From Dehalococcoidia bacterium (GTDB taxonomy: Bacteria > Chloroflexota > Dehalococcoidia > Lucifugimonadales > Australimonadaceae): DNA of 64,000 nucleotides. The stretch lies in the NCBI GenBank assembly GCA_965243745.1, contig CBDEVR010000002.1, positions 327,263 to 391,262 on the forward strand. The letters run 5' to 3'. Below are positions 54,781 to 63,447 of the stretch, one piece after another. Below the pieces are notes generated by a model. That model searched no databases. It was not told the origin of the DNA and saw only the letters and a list, made by a program, of their open reading frames with translations. Within the stretch, counting starts at the first letter, position 1; every line of letters begins with the position of its first letter. The position numbers and the translations under genes are program-made.

Positions 54781-54986
54781 AACCGGTAGTGAAGTACTTC
54801 GAGGATACCGACACGCTGTCGGTTGACCTCGCAAGCCGCCCTGCTGCCGAAGCAGAGGAAGTCGCCGAAGACGTCATCATCGACTTCGACAGCGATGGCA
54901 ACGTGGTGGGGTTCACCATCGAACACGCCAGCCGCCTGTTAGGAGCGGCCCTCGCCAGCAAGCGTGCAGCGCAAGCGCGGCGATAG
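54777..54986 (+). CDS. DUF2283 domain protein (antitoxin-like small protein)
   Basis: MKPVVKYFEDTDTLSVDL......DVIIDFDSDGNVVGFTIEHAS, the classic DUF2283 pattern. Confidence 0.7.
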   Translation: MKPVVKYFEDTDTLSVDLASRPAAEAEEVAEDVIIDFDSDGNVVGFTIEHASRLLGAALASKRAAQARR

Positions 54987-54991
54987 CGGCC

Positions 54992-56335
54992 GTGGCTGAA
55001 CCCTACGAACTCACCCTCACGCAGGCCACCGCCGAGATCGCGGCGCGGCGGCTCTCATCCGTCGAACTGACCGAGTCGCTGTTGGCACGCATCGAGGCAC
55101 TGGAGCCGCGACTGCAGGCGTGGGCGACGCTCCTGCCGGAGCAGGCCCTCGCCGGGGCCCGCACAGCCGACGCCGCAGGCGGCTCGCGCGGCCCGCTCGC
55201 GGGCGTTCCCTACGGCGCGAAGGACATCTTCGACACCGCCGGTATCCGCACGGCGGCGGGCTCGAAGATATGGGCCGAACGCGTCCCCGACGCCGATTGT
55301 GCCTCAGTCGTTCTCGCTCGCAACGCAGGCGCGGTGCTGCTCGGCAAGCTGCACACGACCGAGTTCGCCGACGGCGACCCCGCGCCGTGCTTCAACCCAT
55401 GGAACGCCGAGCACACGCCCGGCGGCTCCAGCACCGGCTCCGGCGTCGCGGTCGCGGCGCGCATGGTGCCGTGGGCGTTCGGCTCGCAGACCGTCGGCTC
55501 CGTGCTGCGCCCCGCCGCCTACAACGGCGTCGTCGGGTTCAAGCCCACGTTCGGACGCATCTCCCGCCTCGGCGTCGTGCCGATGGCCACGTCGTTCGAC
55601 CACGTCGGCGTACTCGTGCGCAGCGTCGAGGACGTCGCGCTGCTGCTGAGCGTACTCGCCGGGCATGACCCGGACGACCCGCACTCCGCCGACGTTCCGG
55701 TGGACGACTACGTCGCCGCGGTCAGCGGCGACCTGCCCGCGCCGCGCCTCGGCCTCGTGCGCGGCTGGTTCGTGAACGAGGCGGATGCCGAGACGCGCCT
55801 CGTCATGGAGGAGACGGCGCAGTTGCTCGCGAACGCGGGCGCTGTCGTTGAGGAGGTCGACCCAGGCGTCGACTTCGACCGCTCATACGCCTCGCACCGC
55901 ATCATGCAGGAGTCGGAGATGGCCGTCTGGCACACCCCGCTCTACGTCGGCAACGAGAGCCTGTACGGCCCGAAGATCACCGTCTACATACAGAACGGCT
56001 TCTCGCACACCGCGCGGGACTACGTTGCTGCGTCGGACTACCGTCGAGAGGTGCAACGGTTGGCCGCCGAGGCCATGGAGCAGGTGGACGCCCTCATCAT
56101 GCCGACTGCCTCCGGCCCCGCTCCCCGCGACCGCACGCAGACCGGCGACACGCGCTTCCAGAGTCCGTGGAGCTACACGGGGTTCCCCAGCATCTCGGTG
56201 CCTATCGGGCTCGCGAGCGATGGCCTGCCGCTCGGCGTGCAACTCGCGTGCGGCCCATTCCGCGAGGCGCAACTGCTGCGTACCGCAGCGTGGGTCGAGC
56301 AGGCGCTCGGCGTCGAACTCAACCCTCCGCTCTAG
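54992..56335 (+). CDS. Amidase (amidase-signature family, GatA-like)
   Basis: GAKDIFDTAGIRT and GGSSTGSGVAVAA signature; 447 aa. Confidence 0.85.
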   Translation: MAEPYELTLTQATAEIAARRLSSVELTESLLARIEALEPRLQAWATLLPEQALAGARTADAAGGSRGPLAGVPYGAKDIFDTAGIRTAAGSKIWAERVPDADCASVVLARNAGAVLLGKLHTTEFADGDPAPCFNPWNAEHTPGGSSTGSGVAVAARMVPWAFGSQTVGSVLRPAAYNGVVGFKPTFGRISRLGVVPMATSFDHVGVLVRSVEDVALLLSVLAGHDPDDPHSADVPVDDYVAAVSGDLPAPRLGLVRGWFVNEADAETRLVMEETAQLLANAGAVVEEVDPGVDFDRSYASHRIMQESEMAVWHTPLYVGNESLYGPKITVYIQNGFSHTARDYVAASDYRREVQRLAAEAMEQVDALIMPTASGPAPRDRTQTGDTRFQSPWSYTGFPSISVPIGLASDGLPLGVQLACGPFREAQLLRTAAWVEQALGVELNPPL

Positions 56336-56349
56336 CCGAACCTTTCGTC

Positions 56350-56369
56350 ATTCCCGCGCAGGCGGGAAT
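56350..56369. terminator. GC-rich hairpin between convergent genes (ATTCCCGC-GCAG-GCGGGAAT)
   Basis: Perfect 8-bp stem with a 4-nt loop, 15 nt after the amidase stop. There is no clear U-tract. Confidence 0.45.
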
Positions 56370-56403
56370 CCAGCAGCCCTTGGCTGGGGGAGCGGGCTGG
56401 GAA

Positions 56404-56538
56404 CTAGCGGACGCGCTTGGTGAACCCAAAGCGGACGCGCTTGCCGTTACGCGTCTCGTCCTTCTTGCTCACCCGCGCGACGAACTGCTCGGTCGTCTCG
56501 GCAGGTTTCTCTTTCTTCGCTTTCTTGATGCGGGGCAT
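56404..56538 (-). CDS. Possible 44-aa highly basic micro-protein
   Basis: MPRIKKAKKEKPAETTEQFVARVSKKDETRNGKRVRFGFTKRVR*. It lies just downstream of the phosphatase gene and is not in the ORF track. No family recognised. Confidence 0.3.
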   Translation of the reverse strand: MPRIKKAKKEKPAETTEQFVARVSKKDETRNGKRVRFGFTKRVR

Positions 56539-56548
56539 GATCTGCTCG

Positions 56549-57214
56549 CTACTGAGTCAGGTGTGCGTGAGAGAGTATACCAGCACCGGGTTCGGGAGGA
56601 GGAACGTCCAGGTGGCCGGCGTCGCTCCATGCGAACAGCGCGGTGCGGCCGTCGTCCCGCCTGCGGACGCGGGATATGCTCGCGGAGCGCAGGCCGCTGA
56701 GCGACCAGAACGTCTCGTCCGGCAGATCGAGCAGGCGCACGGCGAGCGCTCGGAACGCCGCGCCGTGCCCGACCACGAGCACGTCGTCGTTGGCGTGGCG
56801 CTCCTTCACCATCTCCGCGAATCCTCCCAGCCGGTCGAGCATCCGGCGGTACGACTCGCCGCCGGGAGGCGCGAAGTCGAGGTCCCGCTCGTGCTGCACC
56901 GCCTTTACTCCCTCATCCATCTCCGTCCAGGTCTTGCCCTCCAACTTGCCGAAGGAGACCTCGCGGAGGCGCTCGTCCAGGACGATCTCGTAGGGCCCGG
57001 TGTTGCTCGCGGCGACGATGATCTCCGCCGTTTCGCGGGCGCGGACGAGGTCGCTGGAGTAGACCGCGCCGAACCGGACGTCGGCGAGGCGCTGCCCGGT
57101 GAGCGCCGCCTGCTCGCGGCCGCCGTCGTGCAGCGAAACGTCCGTGTGGCCCTGGACTCGCCGCTCCGCGTTCCACGTGGTCTCGCCGTGGCGGATGAGG
57201 TACCAGTCGTTCAT
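56549..57214 (-). CDS. Histidine phosphatase (phosphoglycerate mutase-like) family protein
   Basis: WYLIRHGETTWN (RHG motif). The ATG overlaps the stop of the upstream aldo/keto reductase gene (ATGA). Confidence 0.8.
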   Translation of the reverse strand: MNDWYLIRHGETTWNAERRVQGHTDVSLHDGGREQAALTGQRLADVRFGAVYSSDLVRARETAEIIVAASNTGPYEIVLDERLREVSFGKLEGKTWTEMDEGVKAVQHERDLDFAPPGGESYRRMLDRLGGFAEMVKERHANDDVLVVGHGAAFRALAVRLLDLPDETFWSLSGLRSASISRVRRRDDGRTALFAWSDAGHLDVPPPEPGAGILSHAHLTQ

Positions 57215-58203
57215 CGCGCGCCCGGTCGCGGAGCGGGGTTGTCGCTGTCGATGACGGCGTTGCGTCCCTCCCACCAGGAGGTGAGCGCGTCAAGTTCGTC
57301 CAGGTCCTCGGCGGTGAGCTTCCAGTCGACGGCCTTGACGTTCGCCTCGACGTGCTCAGGCCGATCGAAGCCGGTGAGCGCGAGCACGACCTCCGGGTGC
57401 GCGATGACCCATGCGAGCGCAAGCTCGGCGATGGTGTGGCCGCGCTCTCCGGCGAACGCTTCGAGCAGCGGGACGAGGCGCTCGACACGCTCCGAGCGGA
57501 TGCGCGTCACGATGCCGGTGGGCACCTTTGCGGCGCGGCTCCCCTCCGGGTACGGCTCGCCGGGCCGGTATGTTCCTGTCAACCAGCCACCCGCCAGCGG
57601 GAAGTACGCGAGAAGCGACCTGCCGTACGCGCGGCAGAACGGGATCAACTCCACCTCGGCGTGGCGGTAGAGGAGGCTGTAGTGGTTCTGCGTCGACTGG
57701 AACTCGGCCATGCCGTTGGCGCGGGAGGCCTCGATCTCCTCCAGCCAGCGCCACGACGCGGTGTTGCAGTTGCCGATGTAGCGCACCTTGCCCTCCCGGA
57801 CGAGGTCGTCCAGCGGGCCGAGCAGCTCCTCGTGCGGCACGTCGGGTGAGGAGAAGTGCACCTGGAAGAGGTCGATGTGATCGGTGTGCAGCTTGCGCAA
57901 CGCCTCTTCGCAGCGGGCGAAGACGCGGTCGCGCGGCGTCTGGTCGCCGAGGTCGCGCAGGTTGAACTTGGTCGAGAGGTAGACGGCGTCGCGCTTGCCG
58001 ACGAGCGCGTTGCCGAGGAAGTCTTCGCTCTGGCCGCCCCCGTAGACGTCCGACGTGTCGAAGAAGTTGATGCCGCACTCGATGGCGCGGTGTACGACCG
58101 CGGTCGTCTCGTCCTGGCCGAGTAGCGGCGGGCCGAACGGATAGCCGCCCGTGCCGATGACCGATACGTCCATGTCCGTGCCGCCGAGCCGCCGGTACTC
58201 CAT
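57211..58203 (-). CDS. Aldo/keto reductase
   Basis: MEYRRLGGTDMDVSVIGTG...GINFFDTSDVYGGGQSE... Confidence 0.85.
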   Translation of the reverse strand: MEYRRLGGTDMDVSVIGTGGYPFGPPLLGQDETTAVVHRAIECGINFFDTSDVYGGGQSEDFLGNALVGKRDAVYLSTKFNLRDLGDQTPRDRVFARCEEALRKLHTDHIDLFQVHFSSPDVPHEELLGPLDDLVREGKVRYIGNCNTASWRWLEEIEASRANGMAEFQSTQNHYSLLYRHAEVELIPFCRAYGRSLLAYFPLAGGWLTGTYRPGEPYPEGSRAAKVPTGIVTRIRSERVERLVPLLEAFAGERGHTIAELALAWVIAHPEVVLALTGFDRPEHVEANVKAVDWKLTAEDLDELDALTSWWEGRNAVIDSDNPAPRPGAR

Positions 58204-58215
58204 GACTCCCTCCCT

Positions 58216-59658
58216 CTACGCGCCGTCCTGCTGTCCGGGAAAGACGAGCGACTTGATGACGACCGGCGCGGCCCCGGACGACGGGATGAGCTCGCCGATG
58301 TCGATGTAGTCGAACTCGCGCAGTTCGATGCCGTCTATCGAGATGACGGGGTTGGGAAGGCCAACCTCCTCCCGGAGGTGCAGGCCCAGCAGCCCGCCGA
58401 TGTCGCCGTCGCTCACGAGGACGAGCGGGTTGCCCTTGTCCAGCAATGCGCTCATGGCGGACGCCGCGCCGCGCGTGAAGGCGTCCAGCCGGTGGAAGGT
58501 GGCCGACCCGCCCCACCGGAAGCCGATGGCGACAGCCGTATCGGCGTCGTGCAGGTCCAGCCGCGTGAGTCCGGCGCGCACCGCGCCGGCGATGGCGTCG
58601 GAGTCGAGGTCGTCGACGGTGAGGTCGAGATCCGGCGTCATCACGGGGATGTTGCGGATGGGGACGGACTCGATGGGTGAGATGAAGATGGTGCTCCCGC
58701 TCACCTGCACGGTGTACTGCGACGCGCCGACGACCGTAGCGCGGATGCCTGCCGCAGGCGCCATGAGCATCGCCCCGAGCTCGCCGACGCGCTGTCGCAT
58801 CGTGCGGGCGAACAGCGGGCCGAGGTCGCCGTAGCTGCTCCTGTCGTAGCCGTAGACAAACTCGGAGACGCCGCCGGAGAAGATGATAGTGCTCACCGGG
58901 CCGTCGTACGACAACTCCGGCAGGCGCAGCAGGCCCTTCGTTTCGTCCGAGACGCCGTTGCGGAGCACGACCTCCATGAGGCGGTCCACCATCTTCCCGG
59001 CGATGGCCTGCTTCTCGTCGTCGGAGAGCATCCCGCCGAGCTCGACGTTCACGCCCGCCTCGTTCGCGTAGAAGCGCCCCGCGTCCTCGATGCGGACGAT
59101 GCGGTCGTCCTCGTCGAATGCGAGCAGGCGCGCGCCCGCGTCGAGCGCGGTTACCTCGAGCGTCTTGCCGCCCTGGCACACCGCGACCTTGCTGGTGCCG
59201 CCGCCGATATCGACGTTCATCACGACGCCGTGCGTCCTCTCCGATTCGGCGACTGCGCCGGAGCCGTGGGCCGCCATCGCCGCCTCGAGGCCGTCCCCCG
59301 CGCTGACCGCGACGAACTTCCCGGCCTCCTGGGCGAAGAGCTCCGCTATGGCGCGGGCGTTATGCCGCCGGACGGCCACGCCCGTGAGGATGAGCGCGCC
59401 GGTGTCTATCTGCTCACGGCGGAGCCCGGCGGCCCGGTACTGCGCGTCGATGAACGCGCCGAGCGCCGCGGCGTCTATCGTCGCGCCGTCGTCCACGTAG
59501 GGTGTGAGGAGGATGTCCGACTCGCGGATGATGGTGCGCTTGACGATGACGTAGCGGGTGTTGCGGCGTTCCAGTTCGAGCGCGGAGAAGACGAGGTGGG
59601 ACGTCGACGAGCCGATGTCGACGCCGACGCTGGTGAGGTGCAACTCCTCCTCGCCCAT
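58216..59658 (-). CDS. EutA-like (ethanolamine ammonia-lyase reactivase family, ASKHA fold) protein
   Basis: LTSVGVDIGSSTSHLVFS...LILTGVAVRRHNA...VMNVDIGGGTSKVAV..., resembling the EutA N-terminus and second phosphate motif. The start is uncertain (ATG at 59658 has no SD; an upstream TTG follows GGAG). Confidence 0.6.
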   Translation of the reverse strand: MGEEELHLTSVGVDIGSSTSHLVFSALELERRNTRYVIVKRTIIRESDILLTPYVDDGATIDAAALGAFIDAQYRAAGLRREQIDTGALILTGVAVRRHNARAIAELFAQEAGKFVAVSAGDGLEAAMAAHGSGAVAESERTHGVVMNVDIGGGTSKVAVCQGGKTLEVTALDAGARLLAFDEDDRIVRIEDAGRFYANEAGVNVELGGMLSDDEKQAIAGKMVDRLMEVVLRNGVSDETKGLLRLPELSYDGPVSTIIFSGGVSEFVYGYDRSSYGDLGPLFARTMRQRVGELGAMLMAPAAGIRATVVGASQYTVQVSGSTIFISPIESVPIRNIPVMTPDLDLTVDDLDSDAIAGAVRAGLTRLDLHDADTAVAIGFRWGGSATFHRLDAFTRGAASAMSALLDKGNPLVLVSDGDIGGLLGLHLREEVGLPNPVISIDGIELREFDYIDIGELIPSSGAAPVVIKSLVFPGQQDGA

Positions 59659-59839
59659 GAAGGAGCGATCAGAGCCGGTGAAGCCTTCGCGTTGCTGTTG
59701 CGTCAAGGGAACTCCGGGGCGCGCGCGTCCGCTCCAAGGCAGGACTGCGGCGCGACAAGTGTAGGAGCGGGTCTGGGGAGCGTCAAGGAACGCGTGGGAT
59801 AAGGAGTAGACTCCGGTTCGTGGTGCGGAGCATGCGCGC

Positions 59840-61099
59840 ATGAGACGGAGCATCCGGGCGGGACCCGATTCCCGCCTGTTCAGCAGGCAGGGCCTGCCGT
59901 TGTTCGCGACGTTCCTCATCTGGGGAACGGGAAGCGGAGCGCAGACGCTGGGCAGGCCGTTGCTCGCCTACGAACTGGCGGACTCGATCTTCCTCGTCAC
60001 GCTGCTCATCGCGGCGCTCGGCATGTCCCGCATCATCTCCGCCCCGCTCACCGGCTTCCTGACGGACCGCATCGGGCGCAAGCCGCTGGCGGTGATCGGC
60101 GCTGCACTGCGGGGCGCCATGTCGTTCGCGGTGCTCTGGGTCGACAACTACGCCGCGTTCTTCGTGGTGGAACTCATCGGGAACACCGGCGTATCCATGT
60201 GGCAGACCACCTCGCAGGTCGTGGTCGCGGACATGAGCACGCCGGAGAACCGCGGACGCGCCGTGGCGATGAGGAACTCGTCGCTGCGCCTCGGCCAGAT
60301 CGTGGGGCCGGTCCTCGGCGGCGTGATAGCGGCGACGTGGGGCCTGCAGGAAGTGTTCGTGGTGAACGGCGTCTCCAAGTTCCTGGTCATGTTCATCACG
60401 CTCTACATGATCGGTGAGACCCGCCCCGCCCGGGCTCCCAAGCCTGCCGCAGAGCGAACGAGCCTGCGCGGCGACCTCGGCGCCATCATTCTGAGCCGCG
60501 CCTTCATCGCGCTGGGGCTCACCACCATCGCCGCGGCGCTGATCGGCCAGGGCATCGTGCAGGTGATGTTCCCCATCGCAGGGAAGGAAGAAGTGGGGTT
60601 GATCGAGAGCGACATCGGCCTGCTCATCGGCTTCGCAAGCCTGCTCACGCTACTGGCCTCCTTCCCCAACGGCATGCTGGTCGACCGTTTCGGACGGAGG
60701 ACGTCGCTCGTGCCCGGGCTGGTGCTCGCGGCAGGAGCAACGATGCTCCTCTCCTTCGCCGGCGACTTCAGCGGCGCGATGGCAGCGATGGCAGTGTTCG
60801 GCATAGCACAGGCGATGACGATGGGCTCCACGCAGGCGTTCGCCATGGACCTCGCCCCTGAGGACAAGCGAGGCGCGTTCATGGGGGTCTGGTCCGCGTT
60901 CCAGAGCTTCGGCTCGGCGGTGGGGCCCTTGACCGCAGGCGCCATCGCCGAATACTGGGGGTTCGGGACAGCGTTCACTGCGGTCGCGCTCTTCCTGATC
61001 ATCGCGGCGCTGGCGATGTTGGCGTTCGGTCCGGAGACGCGCGCACGGCGACGGCGCGACATCGGAGGAACGCCCTCCGGCACGCCGGGGCGCGAGTAG
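59840..61099 (+). CDS. MFS transporter
   Basis: About 12 TM segments, and the loop 2-3 motif GFLTDRIGRKP. Confidence 0.8.
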   Translation: MRRSIRAGPDSRLFSRQGLPLFATFLIWGTGSGAQTLGRPLLAYELADSIFLVTLLIAALGMSRIISAPLTGFLTDRIGRKPLAVIGAALRGAMSFAVLWVDNYAAFFVVELIGNTGVSMWQTTSQVVVADMSTPENRGRAVAMRNSSLRLGQIVGPVLGGVIAATWGLQEVFVVNGVSKFLVMFITLYMIGETRPARAPKPAAERTSLRGDLGAIILSRAFIALGLTTIAAALIGQGIVQVMFPIAGKEEVGLIESDIGLLIGFASLLTLLASFPNGMLVDRFGRRTSLVPGLVLAAGATMLLSFAGDFSGAMAAMAVFGIAQAMTMGSTQAFAMDLAPEDKRGAFMGVWSAFQSFGSAVGPLTAGAIAEYWGFGTAFTAVALFLIIAALAMLAFGPETRARRRRDIGGTPSGTPGRE

Positions 61100-61126
61100 C
61101 AGTACCCCGACGCGTGAGGGTGCGCC

Positions 61127-62161
61127 TCAGAGGTTCAGCGTGATGGAGGCGAACATCTCCTCGATGTTGGCCCGCTTCTTCGTGAGCCCCTGCTCGTGCG
61201 AGTAGTCGATCAGCGTGTTGAGCATCGCCTCGTTCGCCTTCACCCCGTAGGGGTACGGGTCGCTCCCGAACACCGCGCGCGTCTGGCGCATGTAGTCGCT
61301 GCCGAAGACGAGGTCGGTCGGCATCCGGGCGGGCAGCGTACGCACGGACAGTTCCTTCGCCTGCACGAACGCGTTGTACAGGTTCAGCGCCACCCAGGGG
61401 TGCTCGCGGTAGACGTCGCCCCGGACCACGTAGGTGTGGTTGGCGGGGATGAACCCGTGCTCCTTGAAGAACCGCGTCCCCTCCGCGATGCGGTCCGGGA
61501 ACATCGGTTTGATCTTGCTCAGGTCGCCCTGCCCCTGGATGCGCCACGAGCGGTCGACCAGGTTCGGCCCCTGGCTCCCGGGCTCGTTGAGGGCTGCGGG
61601 GTTGACCGACGCTATGTCCAGCTTGTTGGCCAGCAGCATGGACGCGAGGCTCTCATCCGGCGGGACACGGTCGAAGGAGATGCCTTCCGGCGGTTCGAAG
61701 CCGGTGGCGCCGCCGTGGCTCATCTCTTCCGTCCGCTCCATGAACCAGTGCACCTTGTACTGCGACACCCCGTGGTCGTGCTCCATGATGCCGCGCATCC
61801 AGAGCGCCGCGGTCTGCTGGTACTCCCCGACCCCGATGCGCTTGCCGACCACGTCGGACGGTTTCTCGATGCCGGAGTCCGTGTGGTAGTGCAGGTTCAT
61901 GTGCATGAAGCTGCGGTGCGGGAAGACGGGTATCGCTATCCAGTCCGCCCCCTGCTCCCGCGAGATGAGGTACGACGAGATCGACAGTTCGTGGAACTGG
62001 AACTCGCCGAAGTTCAGGTGCCGCCACGCGCCCTCGGACATCCCTCCGAAGGTGTGGATCAGCTCGATACCCTCGGGCTGCACCCGCCCGTCGAGCAACG
62101 GCGCAACGCGGTCGCTGCTGGATGACATGAAACTGAGCCGGAGTTTCGGCTTGCTGACCAT
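61127..62161 (-). CDS. 4,5-dihydroxyphthalate decarboxylase-like protein (periplasmic-binding-protein fold)
   Basis: ...DRVAPLLDGRVQPEGIEL...FQFHELSISSYL...AIPVFPHRSFMHMNLHY...GKRIGVGEYQQTAALWMRG..., matching my memory of this family. Confidence 0.55.
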   Translation of the reverse strand: MVSKPKLRLSFMSSSSDRVAPLLDGRVQPEGIELIHTFGGMSEGAWRHLNFGEFQFHELSISSYLISREQGADWIAIPVFPHRSFMHMNLHYHTDSGIEKPSDVVGKRIGVGEYQQTAALWMRGIMEHDHGVSQYKVHWFMERTEEMSHGGATGFEPPEGISFDRVPPDESLASMLLANKLDIASVNPAALNEPGSQGPNLVDRSWRIQGQGDLSKIKPMFPDRIAEGTRFFKEHGFIPANHTYVVRGDVYREHPWVALNLYNAFVQAKELSVRTLPARMPTDLVFGSDYMRQTRAVFGSDPYPYGVKANEAMLNTLIDYSHEQGLTKKRANIEEMFASITLNL

Positions 62162-62190
62162 GACCTCTCCTCCTGTTGCCTCGCTTGTCC

Positions 62191-63258
62191 CTAGAAGCCG
62201 TAGAAGCGGCGGGTGTTCTCGAAGAGCACCGCGTGCTTCTGGTCCTCCGTGAGGACCTCGTCCTCCAACGTCTCCTCGATCTCGTGCATCGCCGCCGTGA
62301 GGTCGACCTCGTGCGGGTAGTCGGAAGAGTAGGCGAACGGTTCGATGCCGATGCGCGAGGCCACGTACGGCAGGCTCACGTCGTTCCCCTCGCAGCCGAT
62401 GAGCACGTCCCCGCTGGTGATGTACTCGTCGAACGGGCGCTTCGCCACCTTGCCGAAGAACTCGTCATCGCGTATCGCGCGGTCGAGCACGGGCACGAGC
62501 CAGCCCGGCCCGCCTTCCAGGAACGCGAGCTTCAGGCCGGGGCAGCGGTCGAACACGCCGTGGTAGACCAGTGCGACGAGCGAGTACATGAGCGGCACGG
62601 GGTGATGCAGGACGTGCGAGCCCACGAAGTCGGTGAACGTATCGAGCCCGATGCCGCGGTTCGACCCGCCGTGCAGCGCGAGCACGCAGCCGAGGTTGGC
62701 CGCCTCCTCGTACACCGGCCAGTAGTACTCGTGGGCGAGGTGCAGCGGCAGACCGGTGGTGGGCAGCATCGCGCCCGGCATGCCGAGGTCGCGCACGATG
62801 CGGCGCAGCTCCGCGACTGCCAGGCTCGGGCTCTGCATGGGGATCAGCCCCACGGGGTGGATGCGTGCGTCAACCTTGTGGTAGCGGTCGTACACGTAAT
62901 CGTTGTAGGCACGGCAGAGGCGGTCGGCGTACTCCGGCGTCTGGATGAAGCCGACGGCGAGGCCGCGCGTCGGGAAGATGACGGTCTGCTCGATGCCGGT
63001 CTTGTCGAGGAAGTGCGTCCAGTCCTCGCCGGAGCCCGTGCGCTCCTCGCTCGCCATCGTCCGCTCTCCGCCGAACCGTCCCCCTTCCCCTTTAAAGAAG
63101 TTGTGAATGCCGTCCAGCGTCGGGAACGGGCCGTCCTGGGCGGGCACCTGCCCTGTCGCCACCGCCTTGATGGAGTCGTCGACGTACGCGCCGAGCTCGC
63201 TGTTCGACTCGATCAGATGGCCGTCCGAGTCCAGTAGTCTGACCTGCGTGCTGGTCAT
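62191..63258 (-). CDS. Amidohydrolase-2 (ACMSD/decarboxylase-like) family protein
   Basis: LLDSDGHLIE..., ...FPT..., LALHGG..., HH.. and SDYPHE motifs. ATG 63256-63258 follows GGAGGGAA. Confidence 0.8.
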   Translation of the reverse strand: MTSTQVRLLDSDGHLIESNSELGAYVDDSIKAVATGQVPAQDGPFPTLDGIHNFFKGEGGRFGGERTMASEERTGSGEDWTHFLDKTGIEQTVIFPTRGLAVGFIQTPEYADRLCRAYNDYVYDRYHKVDARIHPVGLIPMQSPSLAVAELRRIVRDLGMPGAMLPTTGLPLHLAHEYYWPVYEEAANLGCVLALHGGSNRGIGLDTFTDFVGSHVLHHPVPLMYSLVALVYHGVFDRCPGLKLAFLEGGPGWLVPVLDRAIRDDEFFGKVAKRPFDEYITSGDVLIGCEGNDVSLPYVASRIGIEPFAYSSDYPHEVDLTAAMHEIEETLEDEVLTEDQKHAVLFENTRRFYGF

Positions 63259-63447
63259 GGTTCCCTCCTCCCCTGTATCTGCTGGCGGCATGCTACCACC
63301 GACGGCGTGCGCATGCGTGCGAAGGCGCGCGCGAAGCGTGCCCCCGGCAAATCCGCCCGCAATCCGGCATTTTTCTTGACACAAGCATGGAGATTGCAAG
63401 TATGATTCGCGCACTTGCGCCCAAGGAGCGCGCAAGAGCGGGAGGGA

